DNA of 62,701 bases, filler included, from Nemertoderma westbladi (lineage: Eukaryota; Animalia; Xenacoelomorpha), in the NCBI GenBank assembly GCA_032718475.1. It is 3 parts of 3 records of this genome, joined end to end, with 100 filler letters (N's around TTAATTAATTAA, not from the genome) between each part and the next. Parts side by side here need not be neighbours in the genome. Positions count along the whole stretch, not along the records: positions 1 to 27,411 come from JAUCBJ010000913.1; positions 27,512 to 47,290 come from JAUCBJ010006485.1; 1 more part is not named here. The stretch is one strand, 5' to 3'. This document shows positions 26,531-38,189 of this stretch, piece by piece. The translations under genes were made by a program, and so were the position numbers. The notes under the pieces were generated by a model. That model made no database searches. It saw only the letters and a list, made by a program, of their open reading frames with translations, and had not been told where the DNA came from. Within the stretch, counting starts at the first letter, position 1, and each line of letters begins with the position of its first letter.

Positions 26531-27411
26531 TTCTGCGCGAAGGCTGGGGCTAGATCTTCGCCCCCCCGGGGGCTAAAGGGGCAAGAAAAAGGCCGAAAAA
26601 ACGGAACGATTCTCAGCGGTGGGTAAGAAACGGACGCGGATTGGTCGGGAGTGGGCTAAATGTAGCTTATAACTGATTCCCCGTTGGAGGTTTTGCCGAC
26701 GTTGACCCTATCTGGTACACTTTTTGTCGATTCTCATTAAACCCAGCTTATAAAACGCGAGTGTAGTTCTTATTAGTTGTTTAGCCTCGGCTCTAGCACC
26801 TTGACGTCTTCTGATTAGTTGTTTGTCCCACCCTCGCGAAAACAAAGTAATAATAAATTAATTGAATTGGAACGGTTTAAAAAAAATTATGCATATGAAA
26901 AAAATATTATTGAAATAAGTACATATTTTGTCATCATTTATTTGTTATTAGAAATAAATTAAACTTGCATATATCCTCCGTTTCTCAGATATCTTATTTC
27001 TTAACTTATCTATATTTGTTATATTTAATAATTCAATTATTGCATACCTTTTTTACGCTATACCAATGGTGTTAAATTACTCGTCGAATGCATAACAGAT
27101 TAAGAAAAGTAACCGGGAATCCCCTCATGTTATTATTTATGACGCGTCCAGCATAGTACAACTCCCTACTCCAATACTACAGCCAATCGGATTGCAGTAT
27201 TCTTTTGTACAGGCCTCGTTCAGCTTACTAATGTTGTGATGCCTTGATATGGAAGCCTGGGGGATAGGGCCCATTTTATTCAACCAATGGGGATCGAGAA
27301 TTCCCTTAGTGTTGTTCCCTGCATGTATGTAGTATTATCTTTTAAGAAACATATACTTTTATATATAAGTTTATAAAATAATATCAAATATTTGTAGATC
27401 ATGTTCTTTAA

Positions 27412-27511
27412 NNNNNNNNNNNNNNNNNNNNNNNNNNNNNNNNNNNNNNNNNNNNTTAATTAATTAANNNNNNNNNNNNNNNNNNNNNNNNNNNNNNNNN
27501 NNNNNNNNNNN
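27412..27511. other. Assembly gap with an artificial six-frame-stop linker
   Basis: N44-TTAATTAATTAA-N44. Confidence 0.97.
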
Positions 27512-27639
27512 ATAATCCCAACACACCCAGTAGGCCGAACCCAAGTAACCAAAACACCAAACCGGTAATCTAAAATCGGTATACGTAAATCTACGCGCAA
27601 TACGTGTAGGGCTATATAAGGAACGTTACAACCCAGGAT

Positions 27640-30120
27640 ACAAATGTCAATTGCATTAAGACGGAACCCATAAGACCAGGGACTGTAGGCATTGGCAGGC
27701 GTTACCTGAACAAGATCGGAAAGCCTATGCGGATTAGAATGGAATTTGTCACCGATGTGTGGTAGGAGGACACAAGGTTGAAGAATGTAAGGAGACACCA
27801 GTAAGATTCGGCCAAGGCAAAGGTCAAACAATGGCGACAAGCACCATAGGAGCGAAGAAAAGGGGAACGGTACTACTCGGGGTGGTACCGGTGAGGGTAA
27901 TAGGAGAGGGCGGTCGATCAGTTACCACTTTGATGATGGTCGATAGCGGAGCAGCCTTCACATTGGTGGAGAATTGGGTGGCCGAGAGGATAGGGTTATA
28001 GACGAGGTCTAGCAGGATGGCGGTAGCTACTATCTCCAGCAAGGATGAGGTCCTGGAGATGAGGATGGGAAGGTGCGAGATATCAGCAATAGCACCGGGA
28101 TGTGACTATGGGGCAACCATCGACCCCAACCAGGTAATAGAATCGATCAATATAAACACCAGGCGACCAACTAACATCGAGGTCGAGCAATACAGATTCC
28201 TGGACAAAATCGATTTCTCGATACCAGAAGTGGACGTCCGGAAGGTATCCATTATAGTGGGGATGGACTGTCCAACGGCCCACGAGAGAATATAAACGGT
28301 CTTCGGAGAGGACAGACAGCGTGATCCAATGGCAGTTTTTTACACCATTCGGATGGATGCTGAGTGGCCCAATCAAAACCAAAATTCCATTTAGGATGTT
28401 GGAGACATCGGGGTGCATGTTCGCGGGAACCATGAGAGAGATGGAGGATGAAGGAGCGGAAGATCAGCTTAAGAGGTTGTTAAGACAGCACTTCGAAGGA
28501 CTGAAGGAGGCCGGGGTCGGAACCTCGGTGGAGGATAAACAGGCAATAGAGAGTGTGAAGGAGTCGATGAAGTGCGACGAGGGGCGGTACACCATAGGCA
28601 TGGTGTGGAAACAAACAAAATTACCGTTACCCGAGAATAAAGGGATGGTACTCACGAGGCTTCGCAAAGTGAACCAAACGCTCAAACGGAGCCCCGAGAA
28701 AGACGAGTACATCCATAGGACGATAAAGAAGTATGTCGAGAAGGGATGGGCGTGGAGTTGCTGGTCGACGAACTGAACACGGACAGGACCTACTACCTGC
28801 CACTTCATGTGGCTCTAGACCCAAAGAAGTGTAAACTGAGGATGGTGGTTGACGCGTCGGCCAAAACGAATGGCAAGAGACTAAACAACTATCTGCTGGA
28901 GGGCCCCAATATCTGCAACTCGGGGATAGAGGTCTTGTTGAGATTTAAGAATGGGAGGCACGCCTTCACGTGCGACATCGAAGGCATGTTCAACCAAGTC
29001 CGTGTGACGGAGGAGGACAGCGACAGCCAGCGCTTACTATGGTACAACGGCAATGAGGAACTGTCGGCGATACCGATGTACAAAATGGTGGTACAGAACA
29101 TTGGGGCCAAGTCGTCCTCATTTACGACGACTATGGCTGTAAGAGATATGGTCGAGGGGAAAGAGGGGAAGTATAGTGCCAAAGCGATCGACATGATTCT
29201 ACGCGGATTCTATGTAGACAATGGGATGGAATCTGGAAATACGGTTGAAGAAATACTGGAGACAGGGCGCGAGGTTCGTGACATCCTGAAAGGATCCGGA
29301 TTCAACCTGACCAAGTTCCAGTCCAGCTCAGAAGAGTTCATGAGAGCCATAGAAGACAGGCGGCCAGAGTCGACCATTGACAACCCCACAACAGCCAAGG
29401 GACAGAACATCGCGAACAAGAGAGTGGAGTCTCAGCAGAAGGAGCTGGGGATCGTGTGGAAACGGGAGACGGACGTGTTCAAGTATCAACTGACCCAGGA
29501 GGGCGCGGAGATCCACACAAAGAGAGGCTATGTATCGTACATAGCAAGGATATACGATCCCTTAGGCCTAGCATCCCCATTGTTAGTCATGGGGAAGCAG
29601 ATACTAAAGAAAGTATATAAGTTAAAGGATGAGTGGGATACGGAGGCCCCGGAAGAAATAAGCAAACAGTGGAGTAAGTGGATGGGGAGTTTAGAACAGA
29701 TGGGGATGTACAGCATGCCACTTGTGTATTTACCAGACAGGGACATGACGGGTCTGGACCTACACATGTTCTCCGATGCATCTTTGGAAGCATACGGAGC
29801 GGCACTTTACCTGGTACAGCGAATGGGGGCTCATAAACCCAGACTTGCATTTAGTAAATCAAAATTGACGCCACCAGATTCAGAGTCAGTCCCGAAACTC
29901 GAGTTGACAGCTGCGAGGTTAGGAGTAAGAGCCATAGCCTACTTGATGGACACTCTACCCAACATAGTGGAGACACACTACTGGACGGACTCCATGGTAG
30001 TGCTGCGGTGGCTGCATAATGAGAAGACGAGATACCCTATATTCATCGCGAATAGGGTAGACGAAATAAGAGTGACAACCGAACTAGATAGGTGGCATTA
30101 CTGGCCTACCTACGACAACC
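27640..30120 (+). mobile_element. Second, GC-richer BEL/Pao element (knuckle, PR, RT, RNase H), truncated before integrase
   Basis: MVDSGA protease, YYLPLH..RMVVDAS, CDIEGMFNQV, FYVDN, HMFSDASLEAYGA, PKLELTAA, YWTDS, FIANRV; breaks within the NPAD motif at 30121. Confidence 0.9.
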
Positions 30121-31070
30121 GGTAATGAAGTGGAATTGAATCCGCTTACATCATACCATAGTGGCAGTAGGGTACATAGTAAGGAGAAAGTAGAAAGGTA
30201 GGTACGATAATAGCACAAAAGGGGGAAACATAGATAAAACAAAAATTTAAAAATAAAGTTAAGGAATATTGGCAGGAAAGAAAGAAGGAAGGTATAATAT
30301 GCACCGTAGTAAAGTACAACCTTTTTCCAATTAGCTACTGGGACTGGGTACTAATTGACTAGAACGGCAGGACGAGACTTAGACGGATCCCACTAACATA
30401 ATGCGCAAATGTGTGGGACCCAATAAGTGTGGAGAATGAAAACGAGAATGGGGAATTGGGGGGAAGCATGGAGAGGAGGTGTTGACACATGAGGGAGTGA
30501 GAGGAGTGCAATTCAAATGTGGGGAGCGAGCTGTAAGAGAGAGCGTAAGGGGTGATAGGGCCCATAAGAGATAGAGTAAAGTGAGAATAGAGTGAGTTCA
30601 GAGCGAAGTAGTATAAACAAAATTGTGTGAAAGAGAGTCCACAATTGTCTCGAACAGAGACGCCAGATACCTTGGTGCAACATAGCTCGCGATTGCACCA
30701 AGGAGGGGTAGCAATATCATACCCAGGGGGGGGGGGGGCCTGGAAAGCCAACCCTGAGAAAAGAACTCCACCCCACACCCGATACTAGATCGGGTTCCAG
30801 CGGAATTGAAGCGCACTTGAGGTTGATGCTATCTTCTCACCAGGAAGATAGCATGGGGGGGGGGAGTGTAAGCGAATTCAATTCCACTTCATTACCCACC
30901 AGAAAATAGGCTAGTGGCATTGTCAGCAACATGTTGGAGATACGAGATTATCAATATCAATCTCGTATCATAACCAACATTGGGGGGAGGGGGGGGGGCA
31001 ACACAAGCCCCAAAGCCACAGAGTGAGGTTAGAGGTCAAACCACCTCGGAGGGAATACAGCTAGCAGGGG
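30121..31070 (+). mobile_element. Non-autonomous LTR element remnant (end of 5' LTR, PBS, non-coding interior, PPT, partial 3' LTR)
   Basis: ...GAATCCGCTTACA at 30150, TGGCAGTAG at 30162, G10AG purine tract, then TGTAAGCG at 30867. Confidence 0.6.
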
Positions 31071-31594
31071 CATCCCGCCCAATAACCTTCACCCAATGGG
31101 AGAGACTTACTTTATTAGCCATCCCCTTTCCTAATTATTTGGCCTTGCTTCATTCATCCAGGGAATTATTATTACAGCCAATAAATTTCAAAGAGATAAA
31201 GTTGCAGTGTAAACGATTTATTGGTCACTTTGACAGTCAATATCAATCATAATTTAAAGTGTGTTTAACAGATCATTGGCAAGTGATAATTAGGGGACAA
31301 CACCACCGGGTTTATAAGGGTCCACATTTTAACGATTTAAACAGTCAGTAAAAATCGGCCTTGTAGATGGCAGATCCTGGCATGCTATCTTGGCTCGGTT
31401 TCTCAGCGGGTTTTGATCTGGGGGGGGGGGGGGGGGGGGGGCTGGACTGTCCCTATACTCACCTTTACTTCGCCTAGTAGTATCGGTGGGGCTTAGGAGC
31501 GTGGGTAGTTCCCGTTGAGAACCGAGCTTTTGGCCAACCAGAGATCCTCTAGAGCTTGCGCACTCTGCCCCTAGGGTCATTGAAGCGACATTCA

Positions 31595-31960
31595 TGTAAG
31601 CGGATTCAATTCCACTTCATTACCCACCAGAAAATGGGCTAGTGGCATTGTCAGCAACATGTTTGAGATACGAGATTATCAATATCCATCTCGTATCATA
31701 ACCAACATTGGGGGGGGGGGGAGGGGCAACACAAGACCCAAAGCCACAGAGTGAGGTTAGAGGTCAAACCACCTCGGAGGGAATACAGCTAGCAGGGGCT
31801 AGCAGCGGGAGGGGAAACACTCCCAGAGAGTGCCAAGGTGACAAGTAGTATATTAGCCAATAGAGGGAAGGGAGGCATGTGATAGGGGACAGTAAAGCAT
31901 CCATTGGGTAGAAGGCCAAAGTAGAGTAGGAGGTGAAGTAATATTCAGTGTATCAATCAT
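31595..31960 (+). mobile_element. Second partial LTR of the same family
   Basis: 31595-31799 is nearly identical to 30867-31070. Confidence 0.7.
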
Positions 31961-32002
31961 ATATCATCTCAGGTTGTTGGATTGGTATGTCAGTTGTATT
32001 AT

Positions 32003-32275
32003 TCAGTTTATTAGTGCAGACCGGTCATAATTATTGACCGTCATCGATACCATTATACCGGTAACTATCTTATCTGTATTTCTGCTATTTAATCGTGCTA
32101 TCATCAGATATTTTCTAACATCAAGAGACAACAATAACTCTATTGTTTTTCCCAAACGGCCTCGGCCAAAGCTGTTAGCACCATCCCCAAGCAGAACGGT
32201 GACACGTACTTTAATTACCCGGTCGGGATCCCTGATCCCGTCACAATTCGACCAAACCTCTGAGTCATAGGACAA
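32003..32275 (-). pseudogene. Possible BEL/Pao C-terminal (DUF5641-like) fragment
   Basis: RVIKVRVTVLLGD..GRLGKTIELL resembles the IKVGDVVL..W.LG.I.EL motif. Confidence 0.35.
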
Positions 32276-32880
32276 AGCAGCAGCTAACTTTCTGCATCCA
32301 ATCGGCCCCCCCCCCTCCGCCGTTTGGACACAAGGTAACCTGGTGTTTGCACTATTGCCAAGTTTCCAATAATAGCGAGAGGCCGCGCCACGTTTATTAC
32401 AACTATTTTGCTATTGAACCTTTTCAGACTTTTTTTCACTAAAAACTGACCTTTTCAGACAGTTCAGCATTTTAGCCCAGAAACGACCAGAATACCTACT
32501 ATATTTTGTGTATTATCCTTTTGGTTACAATTTCTAGATTGTATTTATTTTGGATTATTTTTCGAGGCTATACTTTGGATCCCAACGGACCCAAAGCACC
32601 CCTCACCCGGTTTATAAATTTCCCTCTTCAAAGAGGTTTTTCTATCGTGTTACGTACCGTACATTATTTTTATTCCAAGGAAGACATTAATAACATCTGG
32701 AAAATAGAAATCACTGTGTTTTATTAATATCTTGAAAGGTTTGAGGAAGTCCGTAAATAATAAGTAGTTGAAGGACTGTGTTCTATGCGATTTTCAAGCC
32801 AGTCTTTCCACCAAGTAACCAAAAACAGTAATGGAAGTGTGTTAGCACTTGGAATTATTTTGAGATACTTGTAAAGCCGT

Positions 32881-33420
32881 TTAACCCTCTATTAGTACCG
32901 GGCTATAAAATGTTGTACAAATACACCATTGGGGGGGGGGGGGGGGGGGTCAAGTTTTAGATGTCTAGATATGTAATTATTTATTCCTCTAACCATTGAC
33001 GCCATAAACCTCTAAAAGGCGAGAATTAAGTTCTCACAAGTAATTGAACCTTTGAATGAATTTTCAAAATTTTGTGGTGGTACCAAATTTTGCACAAAGC
33101 CTCACCGAAAAATACAAGTTTGATACGCCTGGTGTAACTCGTATATATTCCATCGAAACCAGAACCCCAAAAAACTCATATCGCACAAAAAACAGGTTCA
33201 AACAATCAATTTACAAAATTGACATATTATTTCAAAATTTGGTGTTGGCACAAAAATTTGGCACCCGCCGAAAAAAGCAAGTTTGAAATTTCAAAATTAA
33301 TTTATATGAATTCCATCTAATTGCAAACACCAAAAAGCTGGTGTAAATCAAAAATAAAGATGTTATAAATCATATGTCATAAATGTAATTTTTAAAAAAC
33401 GCCTCAAAAAAGTGCCAAAA
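32881..33420. mobile_element. piggyBac-like non-autonomous element, left end
   Basis: TTAA-CCCTCTATTAGTACC start; right end not identified. Confidence 0.35.
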
Positions 33421-33444
33421 GTAGCCTTTACATAAAATAATCTA

Positions 33445-33474
33445 CTACTACTACGAGGTGGAGCGAACTCTAAC
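33445..33474 (-). mobile_element. Ultra-short RTE 3' end insertion
   Basis: (CTA)n-CGAGGTGGAGCGAACTC resembles the RTE 3' end; flanked by AAAATAATCTA at 33434-33444 and 33475-33485. Confidence 0.6.
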
Positions 33475-33594
33475 AAAATAATCTATGTAAAATGTATTTC
33501 GGGAGCGAATTTAGTGATTTAAACAATTGAATGGTTTTAGTTTTTATATTTCCCATAGCGTGACCCACTCCAGGCTGCGTCAGGGCATCATATT

Positions 33595-34627
33595 ACTACT
33601 ACTACTAGGTCGAACGAACTCGGACAGTGGAAATGATATCCCTCCAGGCTTCCCGATTCTGCATAGTTGTCGCAATTTCGTTTCTCCCAAGTTCAGTATC
33701 CCTTTCAAGTTGATCTATATATGTTATGGCCGGTCGTCCACGACTACGTTTCCATGTGTTGGTTGCCAGAGAAGTAGATCTGGTATGATCTCGTCTTTAC
33801 TTCGCCAGCAGTGCCCACTGAATCTTAATCTGCGCTCACGGAGGGTGGCTGATACAGGTGGTATTGTGACATAAAGCTCGGCATTTGTCTTGTGTTGTCT
33901 CCAGCTGATGTTTAGGGCTGCCCTTAGTAGTCTTGTGTAGCAACCATCAATTCTTTGTTCAAGTGATTTAGTCAGTGTCCAGGTCTCACCCCCATATAAA
34001 AATACACTTTCCATCTGATTTCCAGATGGTATCCATTTTTGATAGAGCTATCCAAGCCTTTGCTTTCCTAACTTCTATGTCCTTTTTGCTACTCTCTCTC
34101 CATGATCCAAGGTACTGGAAGTCGCTACTCTCTATCCATGATCCAAGGTACTGGAAGTCGTCGACCTTCCTTAGTTGATTATTACCAATGGTTGTCAAGT
34201 TTCCATCAACATTAAAGGTCATGAATTCGGTCTTGGTAGCATTTATATGCAATCCAACATCCTTAGCAGCCCTCTCCACTTTATTTAGTAGAAGCTGTGC
34301 ATCTGCTAGCGTATTAGAGAGCAGGGCGATGTCATCCGCAAAGTCGGTGTCTGTGACTGTAGTTGCCGGATATCTATTACTTCTGCGTTCTTGAAGTGTG
34401 AATCCCAGATCTTCACCCTTTGTGGCCGTCCTCATTGCGTAATCCAGCACAATTACAAATAGTAATGGTGCTAATGTGTCACCTTGCAGTACGCCAGCCA
34501 GGATTGAGAAAAACTCAGTTTCACCATCTGGTGAGAGTACCTGTGCTTTTTTGTCACAATTATAATGATTCAATGACAGCAACAATTACTTCTGGTATTC
34601 CATTAGCTATTAGGATATCAAGCATTT
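33595..34627 (-). mobile_element. RTE-clade LINE, 5'-truncated, same family as 11672-12046
   Basis: GVLQGDTLAPLLF, DFADDIALL, FQYLGSW (duplicated), ESVFLYGGETW, (TAG)n tail; flanked by a ~64-bp direct repeat. Confidence 0.92.
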
Positions 34628-34859
34628 CAAAATCAAAAAGTTTAATGGTTTTAGTTTTTATATTTCCCCTAACGTGACCCACTCCAGGCTGCGTCGGGCA
34701 TCATATTAAACTATTTTAATTAATATAAAATGGTTAATTACTATAGTATAAGATGGTAGTAGATTAGTAGTACGAACAAAACAGTAAAACGATAATATGA
34801 GTTAACTTAGCTATATAAAACCAAACTCAAATGCAAGAAAAACACTAAAATACTGTTTA

Positions 34860-37800
34860 ATGGAAAACTATAATAATTCCATAGTTATTGTTAATGAAGA
34901 TGCTAACAACACATCGATGGATGCAGAAGGAACGGGAAGGGTTAGTGGAAGTCATTCTCTCACATCGGTTTCAGAAGGTCAGGATCTATTATCAAGTTCG
35001 ATTGCCATCGAAATGTCCGAAATAACAAACAAACAAAGACTCTTGAACCAGAGGGCTGTAGACGCTTGTATATCTGGTAACTTGGATATTATCGAGGAAG
35101 TAACATCGCTAGGAGAGCCGATAGACGTTACCGATTTCCAAGGTAATTCTTTGTTACACATTGCTATTAATAGAGGGCACCAGGCCATAGCTGAATTGTT
35201 GCTGATTAAATGTCCTGAACTAATTCATTGTAAGAATAACGAGGGTGTAGAACCTTTATGTGTTGCCAGTGAAGCAGGCCGCACCGCCATAGTACAGATG
35301 TTGTTAGACAATGGTGCTGATCCCATGGCTGCAGATATACGTGGAATGACAGCATTGACACTCGCTGCTAATTTTGGACATCTCGATATTTTAAATATAT
35401 TACTTCTAAAAAATATAAATGTGGATTATAAAAATCGAGCAGGACAAACCGCTCTCCACAGTGCCATTCTCGGTGGTCATCTCGAAATATTCAACAAACT
35501 TTTAGATTTTGGTGCAGATATATTCATAAAAGACAACTTGAGTAATACTGCATTGCATTTGGCAGTTCGATTTTGTGCACCTGTGTGTCTAATAGAGAGA
35601 ATCATTGAAAAAAGAGTAGATCCAAGTGAACAAGACAATGATGGCAATACTGCATTGCATATGGCTTTTATGGGAGATGCGCCGTTTAGTTTAATTAAGT
35701 TACTTTTAGATAAAGAACTGGATATAAATGCACAAAACGAGATAGGATCAACCCCATGTCACGTAGCCTTAGAATATGGTGCGCCCATGATTGCAATAGA
35801 GTGTCTCTTAGGGAAAGGAGCGGATCCAAATATAAAAGACAAATTGGGCAATACTGCATTGCACAATGCTTGTAGTTTTGCTGTGCCGACAAATATCATA
35901 AAGATACTCTTCGAGAAAGGAGTAAAGCCAAATGAACTAAACAATGATGGCAATACTGCATTGCATATGGCTTTTATGGGAGATGCGGCGTTTAGTTTAA
36001 TTAAGTTACTTTTAGATAAAGAACTGGATATAAATGCACAAAACGAGATAGGATCAACCCCATGTCACGTAGCCTTAGAATATGGTGCGCCCATGATTGC
36101 AATAGAGTGTCTCTTAGGGAAAGGAGCGGATCCAAATATAAAAGACAAATTGGGCAATACTGCATTGCACAATGCTTGTAGTTTTGCTGTGCCGACAAAT
36201 ATCATAAAGATACTCTTCGAGAAAGGAGTATATCCAAATGAACAAAACAATGATGGCAATACTGCATTACATATGGCTTTTATAGAAGATGCGCCGTTAA
36301 GTTTAGTGAACCTACTTTTGGACAAACATGTGGATCCAAAGATAACAAACAAATGGAAACTTACCGCTTTTGTAACCGGGTTAGTATGTGATAGTTCCCA
36401 GCTCACTCTTGATTACATAATGTCTAAGCAGGAAGAGGAGTTAATATCTTTGTCCTGCTTAGGAAATGAATTTTTAGAGGTAATATGTGACTTAGTCACC
36501 ACCGAGAAGTGGAAATCAATCTTTGATAAATGTATAAATTCATTGCCAGATACTAATAATGATCAGGCAAGGGACCATTCGCAGGATACGCAGGAAAGTA
36601 GTGGTGATAAATATGAAGTTGAAAGATGGGTCACGATAGATGTGGACTTGATGAAACCAGCAGATATTTCTGTCCCTAGCTCTTTATTTGGTGAATCGAT
36701 CGGGATCAGCAAGATTATCTGCGAACTTGAGCCTCTAAGAATGATAACATCAAAACCAGGTAACGAGGAATTATTTAATCATCCATATGTTTCAACCTTG
36801 ATTGAATTGAAATGGCAAAAAGTATCTCAAGTCTACTATTTCATTATGCTATGTTCCTTTCTACATTTGGTTGCTTTATCCTGGAATATTGTAATATTGT
36901 GGCATAATCTCCCACCTCATGATAATACCACGAACATCACTAGATCAGATGATGTAGAATGCATTTTCAATTGGGTTATTCTAGGGATAATGACAGTGAT
37001 AATTTTATGGATAGAGCTCATACAGATACAAAAGTTAATAATCTTAAAATGGACATCAAAAAAAGAATATTTCCATGACTTTGAGAATATTATTCAGTGG
37101 TTCGCGATATTATTGTCAGGTTGGTTACTATTTGTTAGATTTCCTTTCGTAGCTACTCCATATAGTGTAGATGAAATGTGCATCAAAGAAACAGCTTCGA
37201 TGGCCATTGTTTGTAGTAGTGTTGCCTTTACGCTATCATGTTCTAAAATGAAATCACTAGGCATTGGGGAGCATATTATTGTGTACAGGAAGATCGTCAA
37301 GAACTTGCTACAGACATCATTATACTTTATTTTTGTTATCGGCTCATTTGCAGCAGCTTTGGATATACTATTCCATGGAGGTACGGGTTATTCCATATTT
37401 GATACTTTAGCTAGAATTTCTGCGGGAGCAGAATATGAAGAAGAAAAAGTAAAAATTAGTGATAAAGTGAGTAACTTATTTTCTCATTCTCTGTTTTTAA
37501 TCTTTGTATTTGTAATGCCCATTGCTTTGATGAATGTAATTCTGGGTTATGCTATATATGACACAAAGGAAATTCTGGAAAAATCGAAAGTCTACCTCGA
37601 AAAATCGCGCCTGCACTTTATTATGGAGGTAGAAATGGTGATTATGCATTCATCGCTACTAGATTTTCTAAAGCGGACAACACGGTTGTTTAAAAATAGT
37701 AAGAGTTATTTATGGTTAATCTCAACCGCAAAAGACATGAAAATATTTGTCCATATCTTCTCCCGGATTTCCCATACCATACAATATTCCAGCACTCTAT

Positions 37801-38135
37801 TAATTTATAGTATGTCTCCACTCCGTGCTTACATAAGGTGTACAGGATATACAGACATGGTATTGTATATAGAGCGTTCCGTAAATTTAAGCGATATAAA
37901 AAAGTGGTTGAAGAAAAAAAAAGAACGAATAGAAATAACAGAAATATCAGAAAATATTGGTTACGACTCTGCCCTCACACCCAACACTTTAGACAAAGTA
38001 ATTGCCAAGGCGAAGGAGATGACCGAGATAGAAATGAATGAAAGAAAACAGAACGAAGAAATAAAGCAGAATGAGGAAATAATGCAAAAACTACAACAAA
38101 TTATCAACAATAAATCTAGATGTTTGAATTCATGA
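34860..38135 (+). CDS. Intronless ankyrin-repeat TRPA-like cation channel (1091 aa)
   Basis: About 13-14 ankyrin repeats (GNTALH/GQTALH), pre-S1 ELFNHPYVSTLIELKWQK, KEYFHDFENIIQW, six hydrophobic segments, S6 FVFVMPIALMNVILGYAIYD, C-terminal coiled coil. Confidence 0.85.
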   Translation: MENYNNSIVIVNEDANNTSMDAEGTGRVSGSHSLTSVSEGQDLLSSSIAIEMSEITNKQRLLNQRAVDACISGNLDIIEEVTSLGEPIDVTDFQGNSLLHIAINRGHQAIAELLLIKCPELIHCKNNEGVEPLCVASEAGRTAIVQMLLDNGADPMAADIRGMTALTLAANFGHLDILNILLLKNINVDYKNRAGQTALHSAILGGHLEIFNKLLDFGADIFIKDNLSNTALHLAVRFCAPVCLIERIIEKRVDPSEQDNDGNTALHMAFMGDAPFSLIKLLLDKELDINAQNEIGSTPCHVALEYGAPMIAIECLLGKGADPNIKDKLGNTALHNACSFAVPTNIIKILFEKGVKPNELNNDGNTALHMAFMGDAAFSLIKLLLDKELDINAQNEIGSTPCHVALEYGAPMIAIECLLGKGADPNIKDKLGNTALHNACSFAVPTNIIKILFEKGVYPNEQNNDGNTALHMAFIEDAPLSLVNLLLDKHVDPKITNKWKLTAFVTGLVCDSSQLTLDYIMSKQEEELISLSCLGNEFLEVICDLVTTEKWKSIFDKCINSLPDTNNDQARDHSQDTQESSGDKYEVERWVTIDVDLMKPADISVPSSLFGESIGISKIICELEPLRMITSKPGNEELFNHPYVSTLIELKWQKVSQVYYFIMLCSFLHLVALSWNIVILWHNLPPHDNTTNITRSDDVECIFNWVILGIMTVIILWIELIQIQKLIILKWTSKKEYFHDFENIIQWFAILLSGWLLFVRFPFVATPYSVDEMCIKETASMAIVCSSVAFTLSCSKMKSLGIGEHIIVYRKIVKNLLQTSLYFIFVIGSFAAALDILFHGGTGYSIFDTLARISAGAEYEEEKVKISDKVSNLFSHSLFLIFVFVMPIALMNVILGYAIYDTKEILEKSKVYLEKSRLHFIMEVEMVIMHSSLLDFLKRTTRLFKNSKSYLWLISTAKDMKIFVHIFSRISHTIQYSSTLLIYSMSPLRAYIRCTGYTDMVLYIERSVNLSDIKKWLKKKKERIEITEISENIGYDSALTPNTLDKVIAKAKEMTEIEMNERKQNEEIKQNEEIMQKLQQIINNKSRCLNS
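35638..36300 (+). repeat. 306-bp (three-ankyrin) near-identical tandem duplication within the TRPA-like ORF
   Basis: ATGGCAATACTGCATT at 35641, 35947 and 36253. Confidence 0.95.
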
Positions 38136-38189
38136 ATAACGAAAAATCGGAAAAGATGGTTTAGAATTGAATTAAATTCAGACCTCAAA

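Noticed and set aside
16020-30120. Both BEL segments as one rearranged element
   Set aside because: Opposite strands, different GC content and protein sequence, and separated by a gap.
31071-31594. DIRS tyrosine recombinase remnant (ANKVSLSHWVKVI on minus)
   Set aside because: Only a faint motif with many stops; insufficient support.
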